Positions 8,082 to 17,984 of a stretch of 62,169 nt of DNA are shown here, one piece after another. Source of the DNA: a candidate division WOR-3 bacterium (GTDB lineage Bacteria > Hydrothermota > Tepidihabitantia > Tepidihabitantales > Tepidihabitantaceae); assembly GCA_965649225.1 (NCBI GenBank), contig CBFGJX010000016.1, forward strand, positions 1 through 62,169. The letters run 5' to 3'. Numbering within the stretch: the first letter of the stretch is position 1; each line of letters opens with the position of its first letter. Below the pieces are notes generated by a model. It searched no databases. It was not told where the DNA came from and saw only the letters and a program-made list of their open reading frames with translations. The position numbers and the translations under genes were made by a program.

Positions 8082-9605
8082 CTACTTCAACGGGCCAACC
8101 GCCGCTTCCACCGCCGCCAGCAGCTCACCCGAACGCACCGCCGCGGTGAGCCGGTTGATGTCTTCCTGCATCGGCCGGTCTTCTTCCAGTGGAGCGACAT
8201 GCCGCCGGATACAGTCGTAGGCCGCCTGCGTACCCCGACCCGGTGCCAGCGGTTTGCGGAACTCAACCGCCTGCGCCCCGGCCATCAGTTCGATGGCGAC
8301 AACATACCAGGCGTTGTTCTGAATCTGGGCGGTCTTGAGCGCCGCCGTGAACGCCATTGACACAAAGTCTTCCTGGTCCGCCGCAGCCGGAATCGAGCCG
8401 ATTGATGCCGGTGCCGAAAGAATCCGGTCCTCGGCAATCAGCATTCCCTGGGTGTACTGGGTAAGCATCAGGCCGGAAAACATTCCCGCGCCCCTGGTCA
8501 GAAATGCCGGCAGGCCGCAGGAAAGATTGCGGTTGAGCAGCCGGTTGGTGCGCCGCTCCGACAGCACCGCAATCATCGTGATACAGGTCCCGACCAGGTC
8601 CAGCGGCAACCCCAGCGGCGTACCCTGAAAGTTGGCGCCGGTCAGGTATGCCTTCTCCTGCGGGAAAAACAGCGGATTGTCGCCAACGCCGTTGAGTTCG
8701 GTTTCAAACATCTGCCGCGCCCAGCGGAGTGCATCGCGGGCACTGCCCACTACCTGCGGCGTCGAACGCAGTGAGTAGGCATCCTGCACCTTCTTGCCCG
8801 GCTGGGCCAGCATTACCGAGCCCTCGGTCAGCCGCCGGACATTCTCGGCCGACTCGACGGCACCGGCGTAGCCGCGCACCCGGTGGATTCGTTCATCATA
8901 GGCGGCCATGTTGGCGTTGACCACTTCCAGCGTCAGCGCCGCGGCAATCTCCGACACCTTGATATAGTGGGCGGCATCGCAGAGCTGAATTGCGCCCCAG
9001 CCGGCGGTCATGTTGGAACCGTTGATGCAGGCCAGCCCGTCCCGCGCCTCGAACTGTATCGGAGCGATGCCCGCAGCCTTCATCGCCTCGGCGCCACTCA
9101 TCCGCCGGCCCTGATAGTATGCCTCACCCTCGCCCAGCAGCACCAGCGCCAGCTGGCTCATCGGCGAAAGGTCGCCGCAGGCGCCGACCGAGCCCTTGTC
9201 ATAGACCACCGGCGTCACGCCCCGGTTGAGCATCTCGACCATCGTTTCCACCACTTTCAGCCGGATGCCGGAATGGCCGATTGCCAGCACGTTGATGCGC
9301 GAACACAGCGCCGCCCGCACCACTTCCTCGGGCAGCGGCACGCCGCAGCCGGCCGAATGCGAATAGACGATGTAGCGCTGGAAGCGCTCGGTCTGTTCGG
9401 GTGTGAGAATCGTCTCCGACAGCTCGCCGATGCCGGTGGTGATGCCGTACATCACTGCCCGGGCCTTGACCTTTTCTTCAATGAAACTGCGACAGAAGTT
9501 GATCCGTTCTTTTGCCGCCGGTGACAGCTCCACCTTCTCGCGGTGACGCGCAACCCGGACAATGTCTTCGACTTTCAGGCTCTTGCCGTCCAGTATCACA
9601 GCCAT
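8082..9605 (-). CDS. hutH: Histidine ammonia-lyase family (MIO enzyme)
   Basis: YGITTGIG, YSHSAG, GSVGACGDL, QDAYSLRSTPQ, DNPL, GANFQG, QEDFVSM; GGAGG RBS. Confidence 0.85.
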   Translation of the reverse strand: MAVILDGKSLKVEDIVRVARHREKVELSPAAKERINFCRSFIEEKVKARAVMYGITTGIGELSETILTPEQTERFQRYIVYSHSAGCGVPLPEEVVRAALCSRINVLAIGHSGIRLKVVETMVEMLNRGVTPVVYDKGSVGACGDLSPMSQLALVLLGEGEAYYQGRRMSGAEAMKAAGIAPIQFEARDGLACINGSNMTAGWGAIQLCDAAHYIKVSEIAAALTLEVVNANMAAYDERIHRVRGYAGAVESAENVRRLTEGSVMLAQPGKKVQDAYSLRSTPQVVGSARDALRWARQMFETELNGVGDNPLFFPQEKAYLTGANFQGTPLGLPLDLVGTCITMIAVLSERRTNRLLNRNLSCGLPAFLTRGAGMFSGLMLTQYTQGMLIAEDRILSAPASIGSIPAAADQEDFVSMAFTAALKTAQIQNNAWYVVAIELMAGAQAVEFRKPLAPGRGTQAAYDCIRRHVAPLEEDRPMQEDINRLTAAVRSGELLAAVEAAVGPLK

Positions 9606-9642
9606 CGGTTATCCTCCATCGGTTATGCCCGGTCGGACCGGT

Positions 9643-10263
9643 CTAGCGCCGGCCCCGGCCGCCCTGGCTGCTGCGCGTGGCGGCACGCTGCTTCATATCC
9701 TGTACATGACTGCCGGGCCAGAAAACTTTCTTGCACTTCGGGCAACGGCGAAAATCGTGATGAATCTGGTAGATGAAAAACGGTATCGCCGGCCGGGCGG
9801 CATCGCGCGATATCGCCTCGAGCGGGGTATTGCAGTCCAGACACCGGCCCAGCGGCGGCTCCGGCTCCGGTTCCGGCGCCGGTTTTGTCTCGACTGGTGC
9901 ACCGGTTATCTGCGCCACCTGCTCCGGTGTCCGGGCCGACTCCACAATCACCACGCCCGGCAGACCGGCCAGCCGCTTGTTGCGGGTCAAAAGCGTCCGG
10001 CCACTGGCACGCGCCTGCCGAAACGCCATCATTCCGCCCAGATTGCGCTGATAGTAAGCATCGATGCCCCGCATCCGCAGTTCCCGTGCCAGCCGTCCCA
10101 GCATCGCATCGCAGATATAGCCGCCGGCAGCCGGGTCCCGTGGCGGCGGTACTCCGCGCCGGGCCGGCCGGGATTGTTCTGGCTGCTGACCCTGCGGTTC
10201 GTCGGCAACCGGCTCGTCGGCCGGCACCGGCAAATCGCGCCGTTCTTCTGATTCCGTTGCCAT
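9643..10263 (-). CDS. Mut7-C RNase domain protein (PIN-like + Zn ribbon)
   Basis: CDAMLGRLARELRMRGID, LLTRN, RCLDCN, CPKCKKVFWPGSH. Confidence 0.9.
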   Translation of the reverse strand: MATESEERRDLPVPADEPVADEPQGQQPEQSRPARRGVPPPRDPAAGGYICDAMLGRLARELRMRGIDAYYQRNLGGMMAFRQARASGRTLLTRNKRLAGLPGVVIVESARTPEQVAQITGAPVETKPAPEPEPEPPLGRCLDCNTPLEAISRDAARPAIPFFIYQIHHDFRRCPKCKKVFWPGSHVQDMKQRAATRSSQGGRGRR

Positions 10264-10382
10264 CGCAACAATCTAACCGGCAACTGCGGCAAATCAAGCC
10301 TGCCGGCAGTGCCTTGACCGCAGCCGCCGGCGGCGCTAGATTTAGTCTGACGCCGGCAGTGCCGGCAGAACCGGGAGGATCT

Positions 10383-10817
10383 GTGTCCGGAAAGAAAACT
10401 CTGCTGCTTGCCGCTGGCCTGACCCTGATCTGCGCCTGTGCTCCGGGCAACGAGCGCTGGGCATCGGTTGACACTCCGGCCAACTTCTGGGCCGGACTCT
10501 GGCACGGTCTCATCGTCGTTGTCACCTTTGTCGTCAGTCTCTTCACCCGGGAAGTCGGCATCTACGAACCCAACAACATCGGCTGGGGCTACAACCTCGG
10601 CTTCATCCTCGGCGCGATGATCTCGCTCGGCGGCGGTGTTCGGGCAGGCTTCTGCCGGCGGCGCGAACCGGACTGGGACTCACTCGGCCGCCGCATTGCC
10701 AACAGCGTCCGCGATGGTATCCGCTCGGCGTTTGCCGACAGCCCGGTTGACTGGGACGAACTGGGGCGGCGGATTGAGGAACGCATCCGCGCCGAGCTGC
10801 GCGACAAGCGACACTAG
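10383..10817 (+). CDS. Hypothetical membrane (lipo)protein
   Basis: GTG start after GGGAGG; FWAGLWHG...IYEPNNIGWGYNLGF. Confidence 0.75.
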   Translation: MSGKKTLLLAAGLTLICACAPGNERWASVDTPANFWAGLWHGLIVVVTFVVSLFTREVGIYEPNNIGWGYNLGFILGAMISLGGGVRAGFCRRREPDWDSLGRRIANSVRDGIRSAFADSPVDWDELGRRIEERIRAELRDKRH

Positions 10818-10818
10818 C

Positions 10819-12006
10819 ATGAAACGACCGGCGGTCCTGCTCTTGCTGCTCGCACTGACCGCAGCCGCTGCCACCTTTGTCGGCGACAACACCTGGACAC
10901 TGCCGGCGGGCGAGACCCGCATCGGCGACACCTATTTTGGCGGCACGGTTCTGCGGCTTGAGGGCACTCTCGACGGTTCGCTCGTTGCTGCCGGCCAGAG
11001 CATCAGCGTCCGGGGCACGGTCGCCCGCAACTTGATTGCCGCCGGCCAGAACCTGGAAATCGACGGCACTGTTCAGGGCGATGCGGTCTGCGCCGGTGTC
11101 TCGCTTTCCCACACCGGCCGGATCACCGCCGCGCTGCGCACTTTTGCCGGCACCGCCTATGTCAACGGCACGGTCGGCCAGGACATTGTCGCCGGCTGTG
11201 GCACCCTGACCATCGGCCCTGACGCCGAAGTCAACGGTGATATCATCGCCACCTGTCGCGCGCTGGAAGTCGGCGGCGTCGTCCGGGGCAATGTCCGCGC
11301 CGCCGCCGCCACCATCGTCATCTCCGGCAGTATCGATGGCGATGTCGAAGTTACCGCCAGCCAGAAACTGATTCTCACCGACAGCGCCCGGGTGTTTGGC
11401 AATCTCCGCTACCGTTCGGCCCGGCCACTGGACATCAAGAACCCCGACCTTGTCTTCGGCAACGTCGAATACATCCGCATCGCCGGCGCCGACGAAATCC
11501 GCGACACCCAGCGGCTGCGGCCGCGGCCCAGCCTGTTTGTCGCCTTCTTCTTGCCCTTCGCGCTGCTGTCGCTGGTCGGCGGGCTGGTTGCCGGTTTCAT
11601 CATGCTGGCGCTGTGGCGCCGGGCTATCGACCAGGCCATCAATGCCGCGCTGCGCTGCTGGGGCCGCACCCTTGGCGTTGGCGCAGTCGCCCTGCTGGTC
11701 GGCCCGATGTCAATCCTTTTGGCAATTGCGCTGATTATCACGATTCCGGTCGGGCTGCTGATGCTGGCCGCTTACCTGGCGTTCATCTACCTCGCCAAGG
11801 TACTCTGCGGCATGTTTGTCGGCCGGCTGGTTTTTCGCCTCTTCGATGCCCCGGACGCGTCAATCTGGATTGTCGCGCCGGTCGGCATCACCATCGTCTA
11901 TGCCCTCGCGGCGATTCCCTTTGCCGGCTGGTTTCTCTGGCTCGTTGCCCTCGCGGTCGGCTTTGGCGTAATCGCCGAGATCTTTGGCATGACCCGTCGG
12001 GCATGA
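10819..12006 (+). CDS. Bactofilin-like (polymer-forming) repeat membrane protein
   Basis: Signal peptide, beta-helix repeats (GTVQGD, GTVGQD, GVVRGN, GSIDGD), multi-TM C-terminus. Confidence 0.8.
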   Translation: MKRPAVLLLLLALTAAAATFVGDNTWTLPAGETRIGDTYFGGTVLRLEGTLDGSLVAAGQSISVRGTVARNLIAAGQNLEIDGTVQGDAVCAGVSLSHTGRITAALRTFAGTAYVNGTVGQDIVAGCGTLTIGPDAEVNGDIIATCRALEVGGVVRGNVRAAAATIVISGSIDGDVEVTASQKLILTDSARVFGNLRYRSARPLDIKNPDLVFGNVEYIRIAGADEIRDTQRLRPRPSLFVAFFLPFALLSLVGGLVAGFIMLALWRRAIDQAINAALRCWGRTLGVGAVALLVGPMSILLAIALIITIPVGLLMLAAYLAFIYLAKVLCGMFVGRLVFRLFDAPDASIWIVAPVGITIVYALAAIPFAGWFLWLVALAVGFGVIAEIFGMTRRA

Positions 12007-12051
12007 CGACCTGCCTGGGACCGGTTATGGTAATGTCTGTGCGAACCCGAC

Positions 12052-12085
12052 CCGGCCGGCGGCAGTGCCGGCCGGTTTCATTTTT
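12052..12085 (+). terminator. Terminator-like hairpin upstream of the metY-like gene
   Basis: CCGGCCGGC-ggcagt-GCCGGCCGG followed by TTTCATTTTT. Confidence 0.6.
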
Positions 12086-12106
12086 CCCCTGCTGGAGGAC
12101 TAACTA

Positions 12107-13516
12107 ATGGCAGAAACCACACCCCTCTCACCCGGCCAGCGCCGCTGGCTGGAGCAGGCCGAACTGGACCTCGCCCGTAGGGAAGAACGGTTGCGGGCGG
12201 TGCGGCGCCTGCGCTTTGACACAATCGCCGCCCACGGTCTTTACGACCTGGCCGAGTCGCTCGACCGCAACCACGGCGCAATCATGGAACCAACGGTTCT
12301 TTCTTCGGCCCAGGCTTATCACGACGCCGATGAAATGGAACTGGCGCTGTCCTACCAGATTCCGACCTGGTGTTACACCCGGATTCACAACCCGACCCTC
12401 GGGTTCCTCGAGGACAAGCTGGCGCTGCTTGAAACCTACGGCTCGGACATCGCGGCCGGCTGCTGCACCTACTCCTCCGGTATGGCCGCCATCGGCAACA
12501 CCGTCGATGCCCTGATGGCCCTGCCCGGCACCAATCCGCCCAATTTCGTCTCCTCCTGCCAGCTCTATGGCGGCACCTATCAGCTTTTCGACGCCCGCCT
12601 GAAACGCGAACGGGGCATGGACGTGCGGATGGTTGTCAACGCCGGCGACCTTGACGAATGGCGCCGCAACATTGACAAGAACACCCGTTTCCTCTACGGC
12701 GAGATGCCGTCCAATCCCGGCCTGGCCTTCTTTGACCTCGCCGCGGTAGCGGCACTGGCTCACGAACACGGCATCCCGTTCGTCATTGACTCAACCATCG
12801 CTTCGCCCGCCCTGCTCCGGCCGCTGCTTTTCGGTGCTGACATCGTCATCCACTCGGCCACCAAGGTGATGAGCTGCTCCGGCCTCGGCATGGCCGGCGC
12901 CGTCATCGCCCGCAAGCCAATCACGACCAACATCCCCAACGACGAGCTGAAGAACGATTTTGCCCTCTGGCTCAAACGTTATCCCCAGCGCGAGCAGGGC
13001 GGCTGCCTGCATCCGTTTCAGGCCACGATGACCCAGTGCGACCTGCGCACCCTCCGCAGCCGCGTCGACAACTGGAGTCAGACCGCGCTGAAGGTTGCCC
13101 GCTGGCTCGAAGGACATCCGCGGGTACTGGCGGTCAATTATCTCGGGCTGGAAAGCTACCCGCTGCACGAGCTGGCGCGGCGCTACCTCTGGCTGGTCGA
13201 TGCCGAGCACGACGAACGTTACGGTCGGCCGGTCAACCGCTTCACCCACATGATGTCGTTCCGGGTCAAGGGCGGGCCGACTGCGGCGCGCGCGGTGTTC
13301 GACCGCTTCCGGATGATCTGGCGTGCCACCGACCTCGGCCGGGTCAAGACCGTCGCCACCATCCCGGCGATATCCACTCACCTGCTGCAGGGTGAACAGG
13401 CGCGCCGCATAGCCGACATACCACCCGACCTGATCCGCCTCTCGGTCGGAGCCGAACATCCCGACGACATCATCGCCGACCTGGACCAGGCCCTGACCGC
13501 CGGCGGGCACAAGTAG
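12107..13516 (+). CDS. Cys/Met metabolism PLP enzyme (O-acetylhomoserine sulfhydrylase-like)
   Basis: YTRIHNPT, SSGMAAI, LYGGT, EMPSNP, DSTIASP, HSATK (PLP Lys), IRLSVGAEHPDDIIADL. Confidence 0.88.
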   Translation: MAETTPLSPGQRRWLEQAELDLARREERLRAVRRLRFDTIAAHGLYDLAESLDRNHGAIMEPTVLSSAQAYHDADEMELALSYQIPTWCYTRIHNPTLGFLEDKLALLETYGSDIAAGCCTYSSGMAAIGNTVDALMALPGTNPPNFVSSCQLYGGTYQLFDARLKRERGMDVRMVVNAGDLDEWRRNIDKNTRFLYGEMPSNPGLAFFDLAAVAALAHEHGIPFVIDSTIASPALLRPLLFGADIVIHSATKVMSCSGLGMAGAVIARKPITTNIPNDELKNDFALWLKRYPQREQGGCLHPFQATMTQCDLRTLRSRVDNWSQTALKVARWLEGHPRVLAVNYLGLESYPLHELARRYLWLVDAEHDERYGRPVNRFTHMMSFRVKGGPTAARAVFDRFRMIWRATDLGRVKTVATIPAISTHLLQGEQARRIADIPPDLIRLSVGAEHPDDIIADLDQALTAGGHK

Positions 13517-13521
13517 CGGTC

Positions 13522-14871
13522 ATGCAGTACTACTCCACCAATCTCCGTGCGCCGGACGTCGACCTGCGTGGTGCATTGCTCGGCGGTCAGGCACCGGACA
13601 AGGGCCTGTACATGCCGCGCGAACTGCCACAGATTCCGGTAGAAGAAATCCGCGGCTACAAGTCGGAGCCCTATCCGGTCATCGCCTTTCAGGTGCTGCG
13701 TCGGTTCACCGCCGGACTGGTCCCTGACGACGAGCTCTGGCGCATCTGCCACGAATGCTACAACTATCCGGTGCCGCTCGACCCGGTGCGCGACAATCTG
13801 TGGCTTCTGCGCCTCGACCGCGGCCCGACCGCCAGCTTCAAGGATTTCGCCGCCCGGATGATGGCCCGGCTGATGCGCTTCTTTCTGCAGCAGGAGGGTG
13901 GCCGCGTCACTATCCTTACCGCTACCTCGGGCGATACCGGCTCGGCCGTGGCTCACGCCTTTCACAATGTTGACGGCATCGCCATGATCGTTCTCTTTCC
14001 GGTGAAGGAAGTTTCCGACCGGCAGCGCCGCCAGATGACCACGCTCGGCGGCAATGTCCGGGTCGTGGCCATCGACGGCAAATTCGACGACTGTCAGGCA
14101 CTGGTCAAACGCGCCTTCGCCGACCCGGCATTGAAACACATCCGTTTCTCCTCGGCCAATTCAATCAACATCGGCCGGCTGCTGCCCCAGTCGGTGTACT
14201 ATTTCTACGCCTGGGCCCGGCTGCAGCAGGCAGGCGAGCCGGCGGTGTTCTCGGTGCCGTCGGGCAACTTCGGCGATATGTGTGGCGGCATGCTGGCAGT
14301 CAAAATGGGTCTGCCGGTGGCGAAGATGCTTGTCGCCACCAACGCCAACGACGAGTTTGTCCGGTTTCTGACCACCGAACGCTATCAGCGGATTGAACCG
14401 TCCCGCGTCTGTATCTCCAACGCAATGAACGTCGGCCATCCTTCCAATCTGCCCCGGCTGGTTGCCCTCTACGGCGGCCAGATGGACGAGCAGGGCAACG
14501 TTTCCCGGCCGCCCGATTTTGCCGCCCTGCGCCGGGACATCTGGACCACCAGTGTTGATGACGACGCGACGCGCGCGACAATCAGCGGCACATGGCAGCG
14601 TCACCGGGTAATGCTTGAACCGCACGGTGCAGTCGGCTGGGCGGCACTCGAACGCTATGTCGCCGAAACCGGTCTGCCGAAACTGGGCATCGCCATCGAA
14701 ACCGCTCATCCGGCCAAGTTCCCGGACGAAATCGTCCGGCTCACCGGCGTCGAGCCCGAACTGCCGCCGGCACTGGCCGGCCTCGACGACAAACCCGAAC
14801 ACTACGACCACGGCCCGAACGATTACGCGTGGTTCAAGGACTACCTGCTCAAAGCCCACCAGCAGGACTGA
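13522..14871 (+). CDS. thrC: Threonine synthase
   Basis: GPTASFKDF, ATSGDTGSA, SANSINIGR, VPSGNFG, TAHPAKF. Confidence 0.95.
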   Translation: MQYYSTNLRAPDVDLRGALLGGQAPDKGLYMPRELPQIPVEEIRGYKSEPYPVIAFQVLRRFTAGLVPDDELWRICHECYNYPVPLDPVRDNLWLLRLDRGPTASFKDFAARMMARLMRFFLQQEGGRVTILTATSGDTGSAVAHAFHNVDGIAMIVLFPVKEVSDRQRRQMTTLGGNVRVVAIDGKFDDCQALVKRAFADPALKHIRFSSANSINIGRLLPQSVYYFYAWARLQQAGEPAVFSVPSGNFGDMCGGMLAVKMGLPVAKMLVATNANDEFVRFLTTERYQRIEPSRVCISNAMNVGHPSNLPRLVALYGGQMDEQGNVSRPPDFAALRRDIWTTSVDDDATRATISGTWQRHRVMLEPHGAVGWAALERYVAETGLPKLGIAIETAHPAKFPDEIVRLTGVEPELPPALAGLDDKPEHYDHGPNDYAWFKDYLLKAHQQD

Positions 14872-14875
14872 CCAC

Positions 14876-16087
14876 ATGAAGTACCTGGTCTTTCTCGGCG
14901 ACGGCATGGCCGACCTGCCGGTTACCGCGCTGGGCGGCAAAACACCACTGCAGGTCGCCAACAAACCGGCAATGGACTCAATCGCCCGCGATGGTGTCTG
15001 CGGCCGGCTGATTACCGTCGATGACGACATGCCACCCGGGTCCGAGGTCGCCAACCTCGCCGTACTCGGCTATGACCCGCGTGAGTGCTACCAGGGCCGG
15101 GGCGTCATCGAAGCCGCCGCAATGGGAGTGCCATTGTCCGACACCGACCTCGCACTGCGCTGCAACCTCATCTGTCTGGCCGACGGCAAAATCAAGAACC
15201 ACTCGGCCGGTCATATCTCCAACGACGAAGCGGCCCAGCTTGTCCGCTATCTCAATACCCGGCTCATGCCGGCCGGCGCGCGGCTCTACCCGGGCGTATC
15301 CTACCGCCACCTGCTCGTGCTCGGCTCCGGTTCTTCCGAGCTCGACTGCGCCCCGCCCCACGACCATGTCGGCGAGCCGGCCGAAAGCCTGCTGGTCAAA
15401 CCGCGCATTCCGGATGCCGCGCCGACCGCTGACCTGCTCAACGACCTGATTCGCCGTTCCTGGAAGCTGCTGGAAGAACATCCGCTCAACCGTGCCCGAG
15501 TCCGCGCGGGCAAGGACCCGGCCAATTCGATCTGGCCGTGGTCACCCGGTCGCCGGCCGCGCATGCGCACCTTTGCCGACCTCTACGGTTTCACCGGCGC
15601 GGTCATCTCGGCCGTTGACCTCATCAAGGGCCTTGGCGTCTATGCCGGGCTGGAGATAATCAACGTACCCGGCGCCACCGGCCTGATTGACACCAACTTC
15701 GAAGGCAAAGCCGAGGCCGCCATTGCCGCCATCGGTCGCCACGATTTCGTGTTTGTCCACGTCGAAGCACCGGATGAGGCGGCGCACAGCCGCGACCTGA
15801 AACAGAAAATCCAGGCCATCGAATTCCTCGACGACCGGCTCATCCGGCTGGTGCTGCGCCACATCCGCAAGTACCGGGCCGACACGGTTGTCGCGCTGCT
15901 GCCCGACCACATCACCCCGGTCGAGCGGGGCAACCACATTCACGGGCCGGTCCCGGTGGCGATAATGGGACCGGGGTTTGCGCCTGACCCGGTGCTGCAC
16001 TACGACGAACGCTCGGTCGAGTACGGCGCGCTGGGCATGATGCGCGGCACCGAGTTTTTCTACAAGCTCATCGGCCGGGTGCGCTGA
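14876..16087 (+). CDS. apgM: Cofactor-independent phosphoglycerate mutase (ApgM family; possible alternative homoserine kinase)
   Basis: MKYLVFLGDGMAD, TPLQVA, PPGSEVAN, HVEAPDEAAH, PDHITP. Confidence 0.88.
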   Translation: MKYLVFLGDGMADLPVTALGGKTPLQVANKPAMDSIARDGVCGRLITVDDDMPPGSEVANLAVLGYDPRECYQGRGVIEAAAMGVPLSDTDLALRCNLICLADGKIKNHSAGHISNDEAAQLVRYLNTRLMPAGARLYPGVSYRHLLVLGSGSSELDCAPPHDHVGEPAESLLVKPRIPDAAPTADLLNDLIRRSWKLLEEHPLNRARVRAGKDPANSIWPWSPGRRPRMRTFADLYGFTGAVISAVDLIKGLGVYAGLEIINVPGATGLIDTNFEGKAEAAIAAIGRHDFVFVHVEAPDEAAHSRDLKQKIQAIEFLDDRLIRLVLRHIRKYRADTVVALLPDHITPVERGNHIHGPVPVAIMGPGFAPDPVLHYDERSVEYGALGMMRGTEFFYKLIGRVR

Positions 16088-16226
16088 ACACCGTGATGAT
16101 TATGGCGGCGGTTCAGCCAACCCCTGACACCGGTATCGGCTTGCGGTCACGGGTTGGCGCGACCGATGAACCGGCACCGGTTTCGGGCCGCACCACTGAG
16201 ATGAATCAGCAGACGGAGGCAAAACC

Positions 16227-16676
16227 ATGAAACGACTGCTCGGACTGACGGCACTGCTCGCGGCGCTCTGCTTTGGCGCGGGCGGGCTGGGCCTGGGCGT
16301 GATGGCCGGCGACCCCAACGGCCTGAGCGCGAAGTACTGGACCGGCGAACGCACGGCATTCGACGCGGCCGCGGCCTGGTCGTATTGGGGGTGCGGCGGC
16401 GCGGCACTGCACCTGCACGGCGATTTTCTGTTTCACCAGTTCGAGTGGCTCAAGGTGCCGTCGGGCGAACTGCCCGTGTACATCGGTGTCGGCGCGCGGG
16501 TGAAGCTCGTGCCCGACCACCTGCGGCTGGGTGTGCGCGTTCCCTTCGGCGCCGAGTACATCTTTGCCGAGATTCCGGTCGGGCTTTTCCTTGAGGTGGC
16601 GCCGGGAATTGATGTCATTCCCGAGACCAAGTTCTTCTCCAATGGCGCGGTCGGCGCGCGCTGGTACTTCCGCTGA
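16227..16676 (+). CDS. Small outer-membrane beta-barrel protein (DUF3996-like)
   Basis: Signal peptide, GLSAKYW, amphipathic beta strands, C-terminal GARWYF; GGAGG RBS. Confidence 0.75.
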   Translation: MKRLLGLTALLAALCFGAGGLGLGVMAGDPNGLSAKYWTGERTAFDAAAAWSYWGCGGAALHLHGDFLFHQFEWLKVPSGELPVYIGVGARVKLVPDHLRLGVRVPFGAEYIFAEIPVGLFLEVAPGIDVIPETKFFSNGAVGARWYFR

Positions 16677-16705
16677 TCGACAACCGACAGCGGCGGCAAG
16701 AAAGA

Positions 16706-16736
16706 CGGGGGAGCCCGAAGGCTCCCCCGCTTCTCT
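16706..16736 (+). terminator. Intrinsic terminator hairpin
   Basis: GGGGGAGCC-CGAA-GGCTCCCCC followed by a pyrimidine tract. Confidence 0.6.
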
Positions 16737-17018
16737 CAGCCTGCCTCCTCGGTCAACAAAAACGCCGGCGGCCGGCCCGTCGGGCCGGCTGATGCCGGAA
16801 TGATTTTCGCGTCCGATCGCGTTCTGCGGGCAGGGGTGAATTTTCTGCAGTCCGGGCGACAGACAACTTAACTTGTCGCAAACCAACTCCAGATTTTCAG
16901 ATGCCACGCTATCCGCCGCGGCCACCCCTGGAAAAAGGCCGGGTGCACCGGCCCCGCGGTCGCTCAGTCAGCCACCGAATCAGACTCCCCGGCAGCCGGA
17001 AATATTATCCCGGAAAAC

Positions 17019-17984
17019 CTAAGGCCTGTCAAAGAAAACACCGGCCGCGCTGTCAGAACCGTGGCGATTCAGCCCCTCATCTAGCCCCAGCCACCCGACT
17101 GTCTTGGCCGAGTCCAGCCCGGCAAACTTCTCCGGGCCCAGTATGAACAGCGCCTTGGCCAGCACCTGAGCCAGCACCGGGTCGGCACTGACCACGGTTG
17201 TGCTCACCAGGCCGCGCGCCGGCCAGCCAGTAGCCGGGTCAATGATATGACAGTAGCGAACGCTGTCCGGGCCATAAAAAAACCGCTCGTAGTCGCCCGA
17301 GGTAACCACCGCCTGGTCGCGCACTGCCACCACGCTGATAATGCCGTCGCCGCGTGGGTGCCGGATGCCGACCCTCCAGTCGCGTCGGCCTCGACCGCCG
17401 ATGCAGTAAATATCGCCCCCGGCATCAATCAACGCCGAGCTCACGCCCATTGCCCGCAGCACAGCGGCAGCCTCTTTCAGTGCATAACCCTTGGCGATGC
17501 CGCCAAGGTCAATCGTCGTGTGCGGGTCGGTGCGCACTACGCGTCCATCCTCAATCGCCAGTTTTCGCCAGCCGACAAACGTCCGACAGGAGTCAATCGC
17601 GCGCTGGCCCGGCAGCGCCGGATTGCCGCCGTAAAAACCCCACAACCGGACCAGTGGCTCCACCGTGATGTCAAATGCACCGCCGGTGAATTCACTCGCT
17701 GCCAGCGCAAACTGTACCAGTCCGACGACCTCGAGGTCGGTAATTGGCATGCCGCGGGCGTTGAAAGCATACACTGGACTGGTGCTGTCGAGGTGGTTGA
17801 ACTTACGGCTTATCGTCACCAGCCGGGCGAAGACGGAGTCAATCGCCCGGTCAGCCAGGCCGCGCTCGGCAATGACCGTCACGGAGACAAATGTATCCAT
17901 CAGCAGGGCCGACCGCCGGCGCACAACTGGACCATTGCAGGCCAAAAACAGGACGGCAACTGTCAGCAGCACCCTGCGCTTCAC
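17019..17984 (-). CDS. apbE: FAD:protein FMN transferase lipoprotein (ApbE/FmnB)
   Basis: Lipobox FLAC; GAFDITV, IDLGGIAKGY, DAGGDI, VTSGDYER, HIIDP. GTG start at 17984 overlaps the upstream stop. Confidence 0.92.
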   Translation of the reverse strand: MKRRVLLTVAVLFLACNGPVVRRRSALLMDTFVSVTVIAERGLADRAIDSVFARLVTISRKFNHLDSTSPVYAFNARGMPITDLEVVGLVQFALAASEFTGGAFDITVEPLVRLWGFYGGNPALPGQRAIDSCRTFVGWRKLAIEDGRVVRTDPHTTIDLGGIAKGYALKEAAAVLRAMGVSSALIDAGGDIYCIGGRGRRDWRVGIRHPRGDGIISVVAVRDQAVVTSGDYERFFYGPDSVRYCHIIDPATGWPARGLVSTTVVSADPVLAQVLAKALFILGPEKFAGLDSAKTVGWLGLDEGLNRHGSDSAAGVFFDRP

